The notes: a model not told the origin generated them from the sequence alone. Numbered from the stretch's first letter, positions 51,901 to 62,072 are shown. The stretch: 64,000 nucleotides of DNA from Thermoplasmata archaeon (GCA_021844945.1 JAKBSJ010000002.1:294965-358964); one strand, 5' to 3'. Program-made: numbers and translations.

Positions 51901-52767
51901 ATGATCGCTCGCCGCGAGCGGCGCACGCCGGCCGATCGGGTCCGAGCCATCGTCGCGCGCTCGGCGGGCGATGCGGCGGCGTCGCGGCTTCCCGACGGAT
52001 ACCACCGGATGGGGCGCGTTCTCCTCCTGCGCCTCCCGGACGAGCTCGCCGCATACGACCGGGAGATCGGGCGCGCGTGGCAGCACGTCCTCGGCGTCGA
52101 AACGGTCATCGCCCGGGACGGCCCGATCGACGGCGAGCTCCGCCGCCCCCGCGTGCGGATCCTCGCGGGCGAGGAGACCACGACGCAGGTGACCGAGCAC
52201 GGCATCCGGTATCGCTTTGACGCGGCCCGAACGATGTTCGCGACCGGCAATCGTACCGAGCGCCAACGGATCGCCCGGCTCGTACGACCGGGCGAGGCCG
52301 TCGCCGACCTCTTCGCCGGCATCGGCTACTTCTCCCTCCCGATCGCGGCCCATGCGGCCCCGGCCCGACTGGTGGCCGTCGAAAAGAACCCGGAGGCGTT
52401 CCGCTTCCTGCAGGAGAACCTCGCCCCGTACGCGTCTCGGACGTCGATCGCCGCCCATCTGGGCGACAATCGGGAGGTCTCTCTGCCGATGGGAGAGTTC
52501 GACCGGATTATCCTGGGTTACCTCCCTTCGTCGGAACCCTGGATACCCCGCGCGCTCGCGCTCGCCCGCCCGAGCGGAGCTTGGATCCACCTGCATCGGA
52601 CCGAAGAGACGCGACGGCCTCTCTCCGAAGGGGCGACCGACGTCGCCCAGAAGTTCCGCGCGGCCGGGGCGACGATCGCGGAACCAGTCCTGTCCCGAGA
52701 AGTGAAACCGTACGGCCCGGGCCGACGCCATGTGGTCGCGGACGTTCACGCGATCCCGGGGCCCTAG
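51901..52767 (+). CDS. trm5: tRNA (guanine37-N1)-methyltransferase Trm5 / Taw22 (Met-10+ family)
   Basis: GIRYRFDAARTMFATGNRTER, VADLFAGIGYFSLPIA, AVEKNPEAFRFLQENL. Confidence 0.85.
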   Translation: MIARRERRTPADRVRAIVARSAGDAAASRLPDGYHRMGRVLLLRLPDELAAYDREIGRAWQHVLGVETVIARDGPIDGELRRPRVRILAGEETTTQVTEHGIRYRFDAARTMFATGNRTERQRIARLVRPGEAVADLFAGIGYFSLPIAAHAAPARLVAVEKNPEAFRFLQENLAPYASRTSIAAHLGDNREVSLPMGEFDRIILGYLPSSEPWIPRALALARPSGAWIHLHRTEETRRPLSEGATDVAQKFRAAGATIAEPVLSREVKPYGPGRRHVVADVHAIPGP

Positions 52768-53888
52768 GCCGCTCGGGCCGCGGGGGCCCGCAAACGGGCG
52801 ACGGCCGCCGGGAACGAACGGGCGAACCGCTCGATGTCCGACGGAGGGTTCGAGAACGACACGCGGATGAACCGATGTCCGAACAGGGGGGAGACGTAGC
52901 CGCCGGACCGGACGAACACCCCGTCCCGTATCAGCATCTCCTCCTGGATCGTCTCCGGGCGGATCCCGGTACCGGCGAGGTCGATCGCGAACATGTTCGC
53001 CTGCGACGGGAACACCGGGAGCGACGTGCCCTCGACCTTGGCGACCACCTCCCGGATCCGGACGGCGTTCTCGCGCGTCTGGCGCCGGACGGCCGGCAGC
53101 CACGTGGTCTTGGTGCGGAGCGCGGTTCGGGCCGCCCACTGGGCCACGACGTCCACTCCGAGGTCGTTCGTGTGGAATCGACCGATGGTGCTCGCCAGGT
53201 CGGGCGAAGCCATCAGACCCCCCAACCGCATGCCGGCGAGACCGCAGTTCTTCGAGACCGACCAGACGGTGATCGTCTGTTCGGGGGCGAACTCGCAGGC
53301 GAGCGTGTGCCGCTCCGGGAAGTCCCGATAGGTAACATCGTTCAGGAGGTAGATCCGATGGTCGTGCGCGAGGTCGGCGAACGCCCGTACTTCCTCCCGG
53401 GAGTAGCCCGATCCGAGAGGATTAAGCGGATCGATCAGCACGAGGATCCGGGTCCTCGGCCCGATCGCCTCCTTCACCTTCTCGATGTCGAGCCGATACG
53501 GCGGAGCGTAGATGGGGAGCGCCCGGACGTTCGCGCCGGCGAGCTCGGCGAACCGGTGAATGATCGGGTAGCCGGGGTCGGAGCTGATCATCTCGTCCCC
53601 GGGGCGGAACAACGCGCGCTCGAGCATGTAGAGCGCCTCGGTGCCGCCCGCCGTGAGGATCACCGGGTCGGCGGGCGCGAGCCCGAAGTCCTTTCGAACG
53701 AGGTCGAGCAGCTCGGGATCGCCCTTTCCCTGCGGATACATCGTGTAGCGTCGCTCGCGGATCGCCTCGAGCATCGCGGGCTCGACCGCCTCGCGCGGAA
53801 CGAGATGGTTGGTGTTTTGGCACATCCAGGCGATTTCGCCGAACCGAGCGTGCGCGTAGGCGAACGGCTCGAAGGGTTCGTCGGTCAT
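52764..53888 (-). CDS. pyridoxal-phosphate-dependent class I/II aminotransferase
   Basis: TAGGTEAL, LIDPLNPLG, PLP lysine in SVSKNCGLAGMRLGG, FIRVSF. Confidence 0.88.
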   Translation of the reverse strand: MTDEPFEPFAYAHARFGEIAWMCQNTNHLVPREAVEPAMLEAIRERRYTMYPQGKGDPELLDLVRKDFGLAPADPVILTAGGTEALYMLERALFRPGDEMISSDPGYPIIHRFAELAGANVRALPIYAPPYRLDIEKVKEAIGPRTRILVLIDPLNPLGSGYSREEVRAFADLAHDHRIYLLNDVTYRDFPERHTLACEFAPEQTITVWSVSKNCGLAGMRLGGLMASPDLASTIGRFHTNDLGVDVVAQWAARTALRTKTTWLPAVRRQTRENAVRIREVVAKVEGTSLPVFPSQANMFAIDLAGTGIRPETIQEEMLIRDGVFVRSGGYVSPLFGHRFIRVSFSNPPSDIERFARSFPAAVARLRAPAARAA

Positions 53889-53894
53889 CGCGCT

Positions 53895-54701
53895 CTACCC
53901 TTTCCCTAGGGGAGAGTTAACGGCTTGGGTTCCCGCCCCGGTTCGGGTACCGACCCCGGCGAGGAAGGTCGTCACGATCCCCATCGACTGGAGGTGCGGC
54001 TCGACCCGCGAGAATCCGACCCCCTCCATCGAGGACACCAGCGCGTCGCGCGGAGGCAGTGCCTTCAGAGACTCGGGGAGGTAGCGGTACGGTCCCGCAC
54101 TCCCGGCGGCCGCGCCCATCCAAGGGACCACCCGGTCGAAGTAGGCGTGGAACAGCTGTCGGAACGCCGGCGAGGTCGGTTCCGTGATCTCGAGCGTCAG
54201 CGCCGTGCCCCCGGGCCGCAGGACCCGTCGCATCTCGGCGAGGGCCTGAGGGAGGTCGGCGAAGTTCCGCAGGACGAAGGCGTTCGTGACCAGATCGAAC
54301 GAGCCGTCCGCGAACGGTAGGCGAAGACCGGTGGCCCGGCCGAGCGAGATGCGGCGGAGTTCCCGGGAGCGCGCGTGGCGTTGGCGCATGCGATCGAGCA
54401 TCGCGCGGGTGAAGTCGATCGCGATGACCGACGCCTGCGGGAAGTGACGTTGAACGAGGACCGCCAGATCTCCGGTTCCGCACCCGAGGTCCAGGGCGCG
54501 CTCGACCGGCGCTCCCGCGCGGAAACGGTCGAGGTCCCACAGCGCCCGCGGGCGCCAGAGGAAGTCGTTGCCCATCGAGGCCAGGTGGTCGAATCCGTCG
54601 TACCCCTGGGCGATGTGGGTGAACATCCGACGGACGTCCCGCTCGAATCCCGGTTCGCCCCGTCGCGGGAACGGGGAGCCATCGGTGCTCGACCCCGTCA
54701 T
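53895..54701 (-). CDS. ubiE: demethylmenaquinone/ubiquinone methyltransferase (UbiE/MenG family)
   Basis: VRRMFTHIAQGYDGFDHLASMGNDFLWR, ALDLGCGTGDL, LRPGGTALTLE. Confidence 0.85.
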   Translation of the reverse strand: MTGSSTDGSPFPRRGEPGFERDVRRMFTHIAQGYDGFDHLASMGNDFLWRPRALWDLDRFRAGAPVERALDLGCGTGDLAVLVQRHFPQASVIAIDFTRAMLDRMRQRHARSRELRRISLGRATGLRLPFADGSFDLVTNAFVLRNFADLPQALAEMRRVLRPGGTALTLEITEPTSPAFRQLFHAYFDRVVPWMGAAAGSAGPYRYLPESLKALPPRDALVSSMEGVGFSRVEPHLQSMGIVTTFLAGVGTRTGAGTQAVNSPLGKG

Positions 54702-54802
54702 CGTCCGGTGAGCACGCGAGGGGGCGGGATAACCCTAGGGTCGCCCGCGCCCCGGGGCTCACGCGTATCGTAATCTGCGGGAGCGCGTATCTGGCGCAAG
54801 GG

Positions 54803-54807
54803 TTAAG
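54803..54807 (+). promoter_or_regulatory. TATA-like (gGTTAAGt), 30 nt upstream of ATG 54835
   Basis: Same spacing pattern. A mirror element GGTTATCC (minus strand, 54727-54734) sits about 28 nt upstream of the ubiE start at 54701. Confidence 0.3.
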
Positions 54808-54834
54808 TCGCGCACACCGGCTCGTCCCGCTCCC

Positions 54835-55101
54835 ATGCAGGCCGATGAAGATCTGACCGAGGTCGGCCCGACGACGCGGTCGGTCTCCCAGATGTCACTC
54901 CCCCGCCGGGTCGCATTCTGGGGGTTCGCCGCCCTCCTTATCGCCGGGGCCGTCTTCTACCTGTGGTGGGGGCTCTCGTTCGGCGTCTGGATCGACAACG
55001 GGGTCTACGCGGTCGTGATCACGCTCGCGCTCTTCGGCCTCGCCGGGATGTGGCTCATGATGCCCAACCCCCCGCCACCCGCGGAACTTCCCCCGCACTA
55101 G
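54835..55101 (+). CDS. small hypothetical membrane protein (2 TM)
   Basis: FWGFAALLIAGAVFYLWWGL and VYAVVITLALFGLAGMWLMM. 88 aa. Confidence 0.55.
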   Translation: MQADEDLTEVGPTTRSVSQMSLPRRVAFWGFAALLIAGAVFYLWWGLSFGVWIDNGVYAVVITLALFGLAGMWLMMPNPPPPAELPPH

Positions 55102-55116
55102 GCGCGCCGCGTTGGG

Positions 55117-56544
55117 CTATAGCGAACGACCCGCGAGCGCCCACCGAAGGCCCTCGCGCGCGTCGCACGCGAGGCACTTTTCGAGCTTCGGCAGATCGAG
55201 GGGCAGCTCTCCTTCGGGGGTGCCCAGCAGGGAGCCATCGATTGCCTCTTCCACCGCGTGGCCGCAGGCCTCGGACCCACACCACGCGATGACCCGCACG
55301 TGGACCGATCCGGCGAGCTCCCGGAGCGTCCGAGCGAGCGCGAACGCGGACCGGAACTGCGCCCGAGCGGCATCGTAGATTGCTGAGTCGTACTGCGCGA
55401 GGCGCCGATCGACCTCTTCTTCGAGCCGGTCGAGAGGGAACGATCCCTTGGTGCCCCGGCGGTCCGTGCAGGACGCCTCCTTGTGCTCGAGCTCGCGCGC
55501 GCCGAGCTCGATCCGTAGCGGCACGCCCGCGAGCTCCCAGCGGTAGTACTTCGCTCCCGGGCGCTCGTCGCTCGTATCGACGTGGACTCGGCGTCCGTGC
55601 GCGCGCAGCCGCCGCGCGGCCTCGTTCGCGAGCCCCACGGTGTCCGTCGTCGGGGAACGGCCCGGTATCGGGACGATGACGACCTCGTACGGGGCGATCG
55701 ACGTGGGGAAGGCCGCACCCTTCCCGTCGCCGTGGACCGCGACGACTGCCCCGATCAGGCGTTCGGAGAGGCCAAACGTCGTCTGGTGCACGTAGCTCTG
55801 GCTCCCGTCGGGAGCCTCGTAGCGGATCTCGTACGGCCGGGAGAAGTTCTCGCGATAGTGGTGGATGCTCCCGATCTGGAGGGTCCGGGCTTCCCCGACG
55901 GGGATGTCGAGCGCGATCGAGTAGTATGCCCCGGCGAACTTGTCCCAATCCGGCCGACGAACGGCCATATACGGCAGGCACAGGGCCTGGGCCATCTGCG
56001 CGAATGCCGCTAGGTTGGAGCGGACCCGCTGGGTCGCGAGGTCCTCCGTCGCCTGGCAGGTATGCTCCTCGAAGAAGTGGATCTCGCGCACGCGCAGGAA
56101 CGGCCTCGTCGTCTTGGTCTCGTAGCGGAACGTATTGACGATCTGGTAGACGTTCAGCGGGAGGTCCTTGTGCGATCGGATCCAGATGGCGAAGATCGGG
56201 TACATCGCCGTCTCGCTGGTCGGCCGGAGAACGAGCGGGATGTCCAGGGCGCTGGAGCCACCCTTCGTGACCCAGTAGACCTCCGCCGAGAAGCCCTTGA
56301 TGTGTTCGGCCTCCTTCTGGAACTCGGTCTCGGGAATCAGGGTCGGGAACTCGACCGGGGTCGAACCGGTCGCCTCGATCTCGCGGATCATGAGCTCGTC
56401 CAGGCGTCGGCGAGCTTGGAATCCGTAGGGAGTCCAGACATTCATGCCCTTGACCGGGTAGCGCTTGTCGGTGAGGTTCGCTGCCTCGACGACCGCGAGG
56501 TACCAGTCCATGAACGCGGCGCGCTTCTCCGGCAGGTCCGCCAT
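55117..56544 (-). CDS. proS: proline--tRNA ligase (archaeal/eukaryotic type)
   Basis: FMDWYLAVVEAANL..YPVKGM.., class II motifs FRYETK..RPFLRVREF-like, GEARTLQIGSIHHY. C-terminal Zn-binding CGSEACGHAV..CLAC. Confidence 0.93.
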   Translation of the reverse strand: MADLPEKRAAFMDWYLAVVEAANLTDKRYPVKGMNVWTPYGFQARRRLDELMIREIEATGSTPVEFPTLIPETEFQKEAEHIKGFSAEVYWVTKGGSSALDIPLVLRPTSETAMYPIFAIWIRSHKDLPLNVYQIVNTFRYETKTTRPFLRVREIHFFEEHTCQATEDLATQRVRSNLAAFAQMAQALCLPYMAVRRPDWDKFAGAYYSIALDIPVGEARTLQIGSIHHYRENFSRPYEIRYEAPDGSQSYVHQTTFGLSERLIGAVVAVHGDGKGAAFPTSIAPYEVVIVPIPGRSPTTDTVGLANEAARRLRAHGRRVHVDTSDERPGAKYYRWELAGVPLRIELGARELEHKEASCTDRRGTKGSFPLDRLEEEVDRRLAQYDSAIYDAARAQFRSAFALARTLRELAGSVHVRVIAWCGSEACGHAVEEAIDGSLLGTPEGELPLDLPKLEKCLACDAREGLRWALAGRSL

Positions 56545-56643
56545 CGGTAGCGCCCTCAGGGGACGGGGGGCTCTATAACGGTGCGCCGGCCCCCGGGAGA
56601 TCCCCGGAACGGTCGCTCACGGGCGCTTCGGGATCACGCGAGG

Positions 56644-56650
56644 AATTAAG
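56644..56650 (+). promoter_or_regulatory. TATA-like AATTAAG, 30 nt upstream of ATG 56677
   Basis: Same spacing pattern as the other promoters. Confidence 0.35.
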
Positions 56651-56676
56651 TCGAACTGCCGACATTCTAGGGCTCC

Positions 56677-57786
56677 ATGCGGCTGGTGGTCTGCGTCGAC
56701 CGGGACGACGACCTCGGCCGGAAGGCCGGCATCCAAGGACCCGTGCTCGGCCGCGCGAGCGTGATCGAAGCGGCGACCCGGCTCGCCGTCGCCGACCCCG
56801 AGGACGCGGACCCGAACGCGATGTTCGCGGCGGTTCGGCTCTACGACGAGCTCATGGCCGCCGGGCAAGCGGCGGAGGTCTGCGTCCTCACGGGATCTCC
56901 GAAGGTCGGTCGGCTCTCCGACCAGGTGGTCGCGGAGCAATTCGACCTCGTGCTGCAGCAGGTGAAGGTCGACGGCGCGCACCTCGTGAGCGACGGAGCC
57001 GAGGACGAGTTCCTGTTCCCGATCCTCGCGTCGCGCATCCGCATCGACGGCGTACACCGCGTGTACATCCGCCAGAGCGCGAACATCGAGGGAACGTACT
57101 ACATGGTGGTCCGGGCGCTCAAGGACCCGAAGCTCCGCTCGAAGACGATCCTTCCGCTCGCGCTCGTCCTGCTCGTCCTGGGCATCAGCGCGGGTGCCGG
57201 TCTCCTCGCATGGGGCGTGATCATCCTCGCGATCCTGCTCGGCATCTACCTCGTCTTCTGGACGTTCGATGTCGACGACGCGATCATCGACTCGATCCGC
57301 AGCGCTTCGACCGACCTGCGACAAGGGTCCGTGGCGTTCGGCTTCGGTCTCTTGGCGATTGGGATCGTCGCCGTCGGGTTCGACTCCGGTTACCGCTCGT
57401 ACGCCCACCTGACCGGGCCGGCGCTCAATCACTTCCTGGCGTTCTTCAACTCCGCCGCCATCTGGTGGATCGTCGGAGCTCTCGTCTGGGAGGTGGGCCG
57501 CGCCCTGCGGCGCTACCTCGTGCGCGACCGGTTCCCCCGGTCGTTCTTCGTCGCCACGACCTCGATCCTCGGGGTGGGCGCGCTGGCCTACGGAGTGATC
57601 TCGCTCTTGGAGTACCTCCAAGGGATTGGGGGCATCACGTTCGGAGGTCTCCCGACGCTCCCGATGAGCGTTCTCGTGATCGCCGGAGGGCTGGGACTCG
57701 GCATCGCCGCCGGGATACTGCAGCAACGCCTGCGGGCGAACGTCGGCGCCCCGGTGCCCGAGCCGAGTTCGACCCAAGGTATCTGA
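56677..57786 (+). CDS. DUF373-family archaeal membrane protein
   Basis: MRLVVCVDRDDDLGRKAGI..ADPEDADPNAMFAAVRLYDEL.. is the cytosolic N-domain, followed by about 6 TM. This matches the pattern I recognise as DUF373. Confidence 0.75.
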   Translation: MRLVVCVDRDDDLGRKAGIQGPVLGRASVIEAATRLAVADPEDADPNAMFAAVRLYDELMAAGQAAEVCVLTGSPKVGRLSDQVVAEQFDLVLQQVKVDGAHLVSDGAEDEFLFPILASRIRIDGVHRVYIRQSANIEGTYYMVVRALKDPKLRSKTILPLALVLLVLGISAGAGLLAWGVIILAILLGIYLVFWTFDVDDAIIDSIRSASTDLRQGSVAFGFGLLAIGIVAVGFDSGYRSYAHLTGPALNHFLAFFNSAAIWWIVGALVWEVGRALRRYLVRDRFPRSFFVATTSILGVGALAYGVISLLEYLQGIGGITFGGLPTLPMSVLVIAGGLGLGIAAGILQQRLRANVGAPVPEPSSTQGI

Positions 57787-58395
57787 CTAGCGACGGGCGT
57801 TCCAGCGAGCGAGCTCGTCCAGGTCTTCGGGCGGGACGTCCCACCCGCACCTCTCGCGAAGCACGGCCCGCACGCGGTCCGGGTCGACTCCCCGAGCGCG
57901 CTCGGCGAGGCTGGCGAGGTCCTCCCAATAGTTCCACGGGAACACGACCCACACCCACGACTCTTTCGGGATCTCCTCGCCGAAATAGTCCGGTCGGAAT
58001 TTGGAGTGCGAGATGTGAAGGAACGCCGCGGTCTCGGCCCGGGCCGGCCGACCTTCCCGGACCCGTGCGAGGGCCAGCTCGAGGCTCTCTCCGGTGTCGG
58101 TGATGTCGTCGACGACCAGCACCTGCTGGCCCTCGACCGGACCGGAGGGCCCCTCCGTTACTTCGGCCTTACCCGAGGGGGTCGCGGTCACCCCCCAGTG
58201 CTGGGCCCGCAGGCTGTAGACCCGCTTGACGCCGAGACGATCGGCGAGCAATCGGGCCGGGACCCAGCCTCCGCGCGTCAACCCGACGATCGTATCGGGG
58301 CGTCGACCCGCGGCGAGGACCTGCTCGCCGACGCGGTCGGCCCAACGGTCCACGTCCTCCCACGTCGAGACGCGACAGCGGGGGAAATCGACCAT
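57787..58395 (-). CDS. purine phosphoribosyltransferase (hypoxanthine/guanine/xanthine PRT-like)
   Basis: IVGLTRGGWVPARLLADRL and PRPP motif VLVVDDITDTGESL. Confidence 0.8.
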   Translation of the reverse strand: MVDFPRCRVSTWEDVDRWADRVGEQVLAAGRRPDTIVGLTRGGWVPARLLADRLGVKRVYSLRAQHWGVTATPSGKAEVTEGPSGPVEGQQVLVVDDITDTGESLELALARVREGRPARAETAAFLHISHSKFRPDYFGEEIPKESWVWVVFPWNYWEDLASLAERARGVDPDRVRAVLRERCGWDVPPEDLDELARWNARR

Positions 58396-58405
58396 CGGCC
58401 CGGAT

Positions 58406-59668
58406 CTACGGGTAGATGCCGCGGATCCGGATCGCGTCGACGACGCGCTGGATGGCGAGGAGGTAGGCTCCCGTCCGGTTGTGGACCGAGTGCGCCTTCG
58501 CCTGCTTGCGCATGTCCGCGTACGACCCGACCATCACGCGCTCGAGACGCTGGTTGACCTCGTCCAGCGTCCAGAAGAACCCTTGCAGGTCCTGGGCCCA
58601 CTCGAAGTAGCTGACCGTCACGCCGCCCGCGTTCGCGAGGATGTCGGGAAGGACGGTGATACCCTTCTGGAACAGGATCGTATCCGCTTCGGGAAGCGTC
58701 GGGCCGTTCGCGGCCTCCGCGACGATCTTTGCCTGTACCTTGTCGGCGTTCTTGGCCGAGAGCTGGTTCTCGAGCGCCGCCGGGATGAGCACATCGCACT
58801 TCATCGTAAGGATCTCGTCGTTGGTGATGGGCTTCGAGCCGGGGAACCCGACCACCGAGCCCGTCTTCCGCTTGTGCTCGTCGACCGCGTGAGGGTTCAG
58901 TCCGTCGGGGTTCGTGATCCCGCCCTTCGAGTCCGAGACCGCGACGATCTTGGCTCCCTGCTCATCGGCGAGGATCTTGGACGCGACGCTGCCCGCGTTC
59001 CCGAATCCTTGGATCGCGACCGACGCACCCTTGAGCTTGAGGCCGAGCTCTTTCGCGGCCTCGCGGACCACGTAGGAGCATCCCCGTCCGGTGGCCTCCC
59101 CGCGTCCCTCGCTGCCGCCGATGCTAATCGGCTTTCCGGTGACGACGCCGGGGACGCTGTAGCCCTTCTGCATCGAGAACGTGTCCATGATCCAAGCCAT
59201 CGTCTGCGCGTCGGTGTAGACGTCCGGGGCCGGAATGTCGACCTCGGGTCCGATGATCGGCGCAATTTCGCTCGCGTAGCGGCGGGTCAGGCGCTCGAGC
59301 TCGCCGATGCTCATGTGCTTGGGATCGCAGATGACCCCGCCCTTTGCGCCCCCGTAGGGGATGTTGACGACCGCGCACTTCCACGTCATCCAAGCGGCCA
59401 GCGCCCGTACCTCGTCCAGCGTGACCTGCGGATGGTAGCGGATCCCGCCCTTCGTGGGTCCCCGGGCCATGTTGTACTGGACGCGGTATCCGGTGTAGAC
59501 CCGGAACGATCCGTCGTCCATCCGGACCGGGAAGTTCACTGTGAGTTCGCGCTTCGGTACTTTGAGCACTTCGCGGACTCCGCCGTTCAGGTGCAGCAGA
59601 TCGGCGACGATGTCGATTTGACGCTGGGCGGTTTCGAACGGATTCACAGCCGGTGATTGATTAGCCAT
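58406..59668 (-). CDS. gdhA: glutamate dehydrogenase
   Basis: MANQSPAVNPFETAQ.., GPTKGGIRYHP, catalytic-Lys region IPYGGAKGGV, GFGNAGS. Start at ATG 59668. The 673-aa ORF is a stop-free upstream extension. Confidence 0.93.
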   Translation of the reverse strand: MANQSPAVNPFETAQRQIDIVADLLHLNGGVREVLKVPKRELTVNFPVRMDDGSFRVYTGYRVQYNMARGPTKGGIRYHPQVTLDEVRALAAWMTWKCAVVNIPYGGAKGGVICDPKHMSIGELERLTRRYASEIAPIIGPEVDIPAPDVYTDAQTMAWIMDTFSMQKGYSVPGVVTGKPISIGGSEGRGEATGRGCSYVVREAAKELGLKLKGASVAIQGFGNAGSVASKILADEQGAKIVAVSDSKGGITNPDGLNPHAVDEHKRKTGSVVGFPGSKPITNDEILTMKCDVLIPAALENQLSAKNADKVQAKIVAEAANGPTLPEADTILFQKGITVLPDILANAGGVTVSYFEWAQDLQGFFWTLDEVNQRLERVMVGSYADMRKQAKAHSVHNRTGAYLLAIQRVVDAIRIRGIYP

Positions 59669-59733
59669 TCTAGGTTCCTCCAGGGAACGACGCGCGACCC
59701 GGCGGGGCGTACATGAGCCTGACGAACGCCGTG

Positions 59734-60747
59734 CTAGAGCGTAGCACCACGACGGGATCGCCGCCGTCTCTCTTCCGCCCTGACTGCAAACGGATCCCAT
59801 CCGGCACGGGGCAGCCGCATCCTTCGCCCCTCGAGTTCGAGGTACGCCCCCCGCCCGGGTTCGATCCGCCCGATTCGCGTGGCCCATCGTGCGGCCACCT
59901 TCGCACCGGTCTGGGGGACCGCGGCGAGCAGCTCGTAATCCCCACCGTAGAACGCATCCCTGCTCCATTCCGGGTTCGTCGGATCGGGCGCTCCCAGCGT
60001 TCGGTCCCACGGGAGGCGGTCCGCTTCGAGCACCACCCGCACGCGGCTCGCACCGGATAGGAGCCACGCCCCCTCGGCAAGCCCGTCGGAAGTATCGAGC
60101 ATCGCATGGGCGACCGCTGCGAGTCCGACGCCCTCGCGCAGCCGGGGGTGGATCTCGAGAAGCCGCCTCAGCACCCGATCGGTGGGATGCGTGCGGGAGC
60201 GCTGGAGATCGCGGAACGCAGCGCCTCCCCGCCCCACCGTACCCGTAGTGAAGAGCCAATCTCCGGGGCGCGCAGCGGTACGTGGCGCGAGGTGGCGCCG
60301 ATCGCCCCAGGAGAGGACGGTGCTGACGACCGCGCGCCGATCCGAGGACTTCGTATCGCCTCCGACGAGGCGCGCCCCTACCGCGCGGGCCGCCGCCTCC
60401 GCCCCTCGGGCCACTTCCTCGGGCCATCGACGCGGGGTCTCGGGCGGGATCAGCAACGCGAGCAGGACTGCGGCCGGTCGGCTTCCCTTCGCGGCCGCGT
60501 CGGAGAGGCTGACCTGAACCGCGGCTCGGCCTACCTCGCGCGGAGGACTCCCGCGAAGGAAGTGCGTCCCTTCCACCAAAGAATCGACCTTGAGGACCGC
60601 CACCCGTCCGCGGGGCGGGACGATGGCGGCCGCGTCATCGCCGATCGGGAGCAGCCCTTCTCGGCCCGCGATCAGGTGATGCGCGAGCCAGCGGTGGAAG
60701 CCTCGCTCGGAGAACGGGCGGCGGCGTTCCGTAGCCGTACTCTTCAC
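59734..60747 (-). CDS. thiL: thiamine-monophosphate kinase
   Basis: GDDAAAI, KVDSLVEGTHF, SLSDAAAKG, GGDT.., AIR-synthase-like C-domain. Start set at GTG 60747, 20 nt after the upstream stop; it is uncertain. Confidence 0.85.
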   Translation of the reverse strand: MKSTATERRRPFSERGFHRWLAHHLIAGREGLLPIGDDAAAIVPPRGRVAVLKVDSLVEGTHFLRGSPPREVGRAAVQVSLSDAAAKGSRPAAVLLALLIPPETPRRWPEEVARGAEAAARAVGARLVGGDTKSSDRRAVVSTVLSWGDRRHLAPRTAARPGDWLFTTGTVGRGGAAFRDLQRSRTHPTDRVLRRLLEIHPRLREGVGLAAVAHAMLDTSDGLAEGAWLLSGASRVRVVLEADRLPWDRTLGAPDPTNPEWSRDAFYGGDYELLAAVPQTGAKVAARWATRIGRIEPGRGAYLELEGRRMRLPRAGWDPFAVRAEERRRRSRRGATL

Positions 60748-60766
60748 GGATCTGGGTACCGGGGTC

Positions 60767-61954
60767 CTAGCGATAGGGAACGAAGTCGCGGCCCAGGAGC
60801 TCTCTCCCCAGGATGATCCGCATGATGTTGAGTCCGCCTTCGGCACCGACCAAGTAGCTCATGATTCCGCGGAGCCCGAGCTCGAGACCCACCTCCTTAG
60901 TGTAACCGGCAGCGCCGTGCCACATCATCACCCGCTTGACGCACTCGAAGGCGATCTGCGGGGCCGCGAGCTTCACGCTCGCGACCGCCTTGTCGACCTC
61001 CGAGCGGTGCGACGCGTCCCCGCGCAGCGTGTAGCGGTCCAGCAACCACGCGGCGCGGCGGCACTGCCACTTCACGGCCTCCACCTGGGTGTACAGGTCC
61101 ACGAGCTCGAACTGGGGTCCCTCGAACTTCCCGAGTCGCGCGCCGAAGACTTCGCGCTGTTGGAGATAGGCCGTCCCGATCTCGAGGGCGCGCTCGGCGG
61201 CCCCGACGCACGCGGCGCTCACGAACGTGCGCGCGACGCTAAACCCTTCCATCGCGTAGTCGAACCCCTTGCCTTCGCTCCCGATCAGGAAGCGTTCGGG
61301 GACCCGAACGTCGTCGTAGGTGAGGCCTCCCGTGGAGATCCCCATCCGCCCCATGTTGTCGAACTTCTGCGTGGAGAGGCGGTCGGACCGGGTAGGAACG
61401 TAGAGGAAATTGAATCCGTTCGACGCGCGGGTCAGGGTCAGGTGGCCCCCGCCGAGCCGTTTCGCCTCTTCGACGCCGGAGACGAACGCCTTCTCCCCGC
61501 GAACGACGAACTCGCCCGCGTCGCGACGGGATTGCGTACGCATGTGGGCGAGATCGCTTCCTCCGGTCGGCTCCGTCGAGGCGATCCCGAGGAACGCCTT
61601 CCCCGCGCACACCGGGGGAAGTATCTCCGCCTTCGCCGTTTCGGTGCCGTGACGGTCGAGGACGTAGCCCCATCCCGCCTCAAGCAGGAAGAAGACGGCC
61701 GTCGCCATCGAGAAGTCCCCGCGGCCGATCTCTTCGGCGGCGAGCTCCGTCAGGATCGCGCTCGCGCCCATGCCTCCGTGGTCGGTCGAAACCGGCATCG
61801 CGAGCAGGCCGAGATGCGCCATCCCGCCGAGGACGTCGTCCGGGATCCTCCCGGTCGTGTCGATCTCCCGTTCTCGGGCGCGTAGGACGCGATCCCCGAA
61901 CTGTCGGACCGCGGTCTGGAACGCCTGCTCCTCGTCGCTGAGCTCGAAGTCCAT
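60767..61954 (-). CDS. acyl-CoA dehydrogenase
   Basis: MDFELSDEEQAF.., STEPTGGSDL, full-length ACAD architecture including the C-terminal helical domain (..MMWHGAAGYTKE..). Confidence 0.9.
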   Translation of the reverse strand: MDFELSDEEQAFQTAVRQFGDRVLRAREREIDTTGRIPDDVLGGMAHLGLLAMPVSTDHGGMGASAILTELAAEEIGRGDFSMATAVFFLLEAGWGYVLDRHGTETAKAEILPPVCAGKAFLGIASTEPTGGSDLAHMRTQSRRDAGEFVVRGEKAFVSGVEEAKRLGGGHLTLTRASNGFNFLYVPTRSDRLSTQKFDNMGRMGISTGGLTYDDVRVPERFLIGSEGKGFDYAMEGFSVARTFVSAACVGAAERALEIGTAYLQQREVFGARLGKFEGPQFELVDLYTQVEAVKWQCRRAAWLLDRYTLRGDASHRSEVDKAVASVKLAAPQIAFECVKRVMMWHGAAGYTKEVGLELGLRGIMSYLVGAEGGLNIMRIILGRELLGRDFVPYR

Positions 61955-62043
61955 GAACGTTCCATCGAGGACGGTTGTTCCTTGGAAAAAGGATGCGGTG
62001 GCCGAGGGACGGACCCCTTCGCCCGGATGCGCCCGGCAAGTCC

Positions 62044-62048
62044 TTTAT
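62044..62048 (+). promoter_or_regulatory. TATA-like (ccTTTATgc), about 27 nt upstream of GTG 62073
   Basis: It supports choosing GTG 62073 as the gap start. Confidence 0.35.
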
Positions 62049-62072
62049 GCCGATGGGACGGTGCGCGGCGAC

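Noticed and set aside
51072-53139. Minus-strand ORFs 51072..52322 (416 aa) and 51667..53139 (490 aa)
   Set aside because: They are antisense to the clearly recognisable TrmB regulator and Trm5 genes, and have shadow-ORF composition.
56617-57777. 386-aa minus-strand ORF opposite the DUF373 gene
   Set aside because: It has an extreme D/E/R/H/P composition. The plus-strand frame encodes a coherent soluble-domain-plus-TM protein.
58226-59656. 476-aa plus-strand ORF opposite gdhA, and the 5' extension of the gdhA ORF up to 60427
   Set aside because: The GDH motifs lie in the minus-strand frame starting at ATG 59668. The extension overlaps thiL and is R/G/P-rich with no similarity to anything I recognise.
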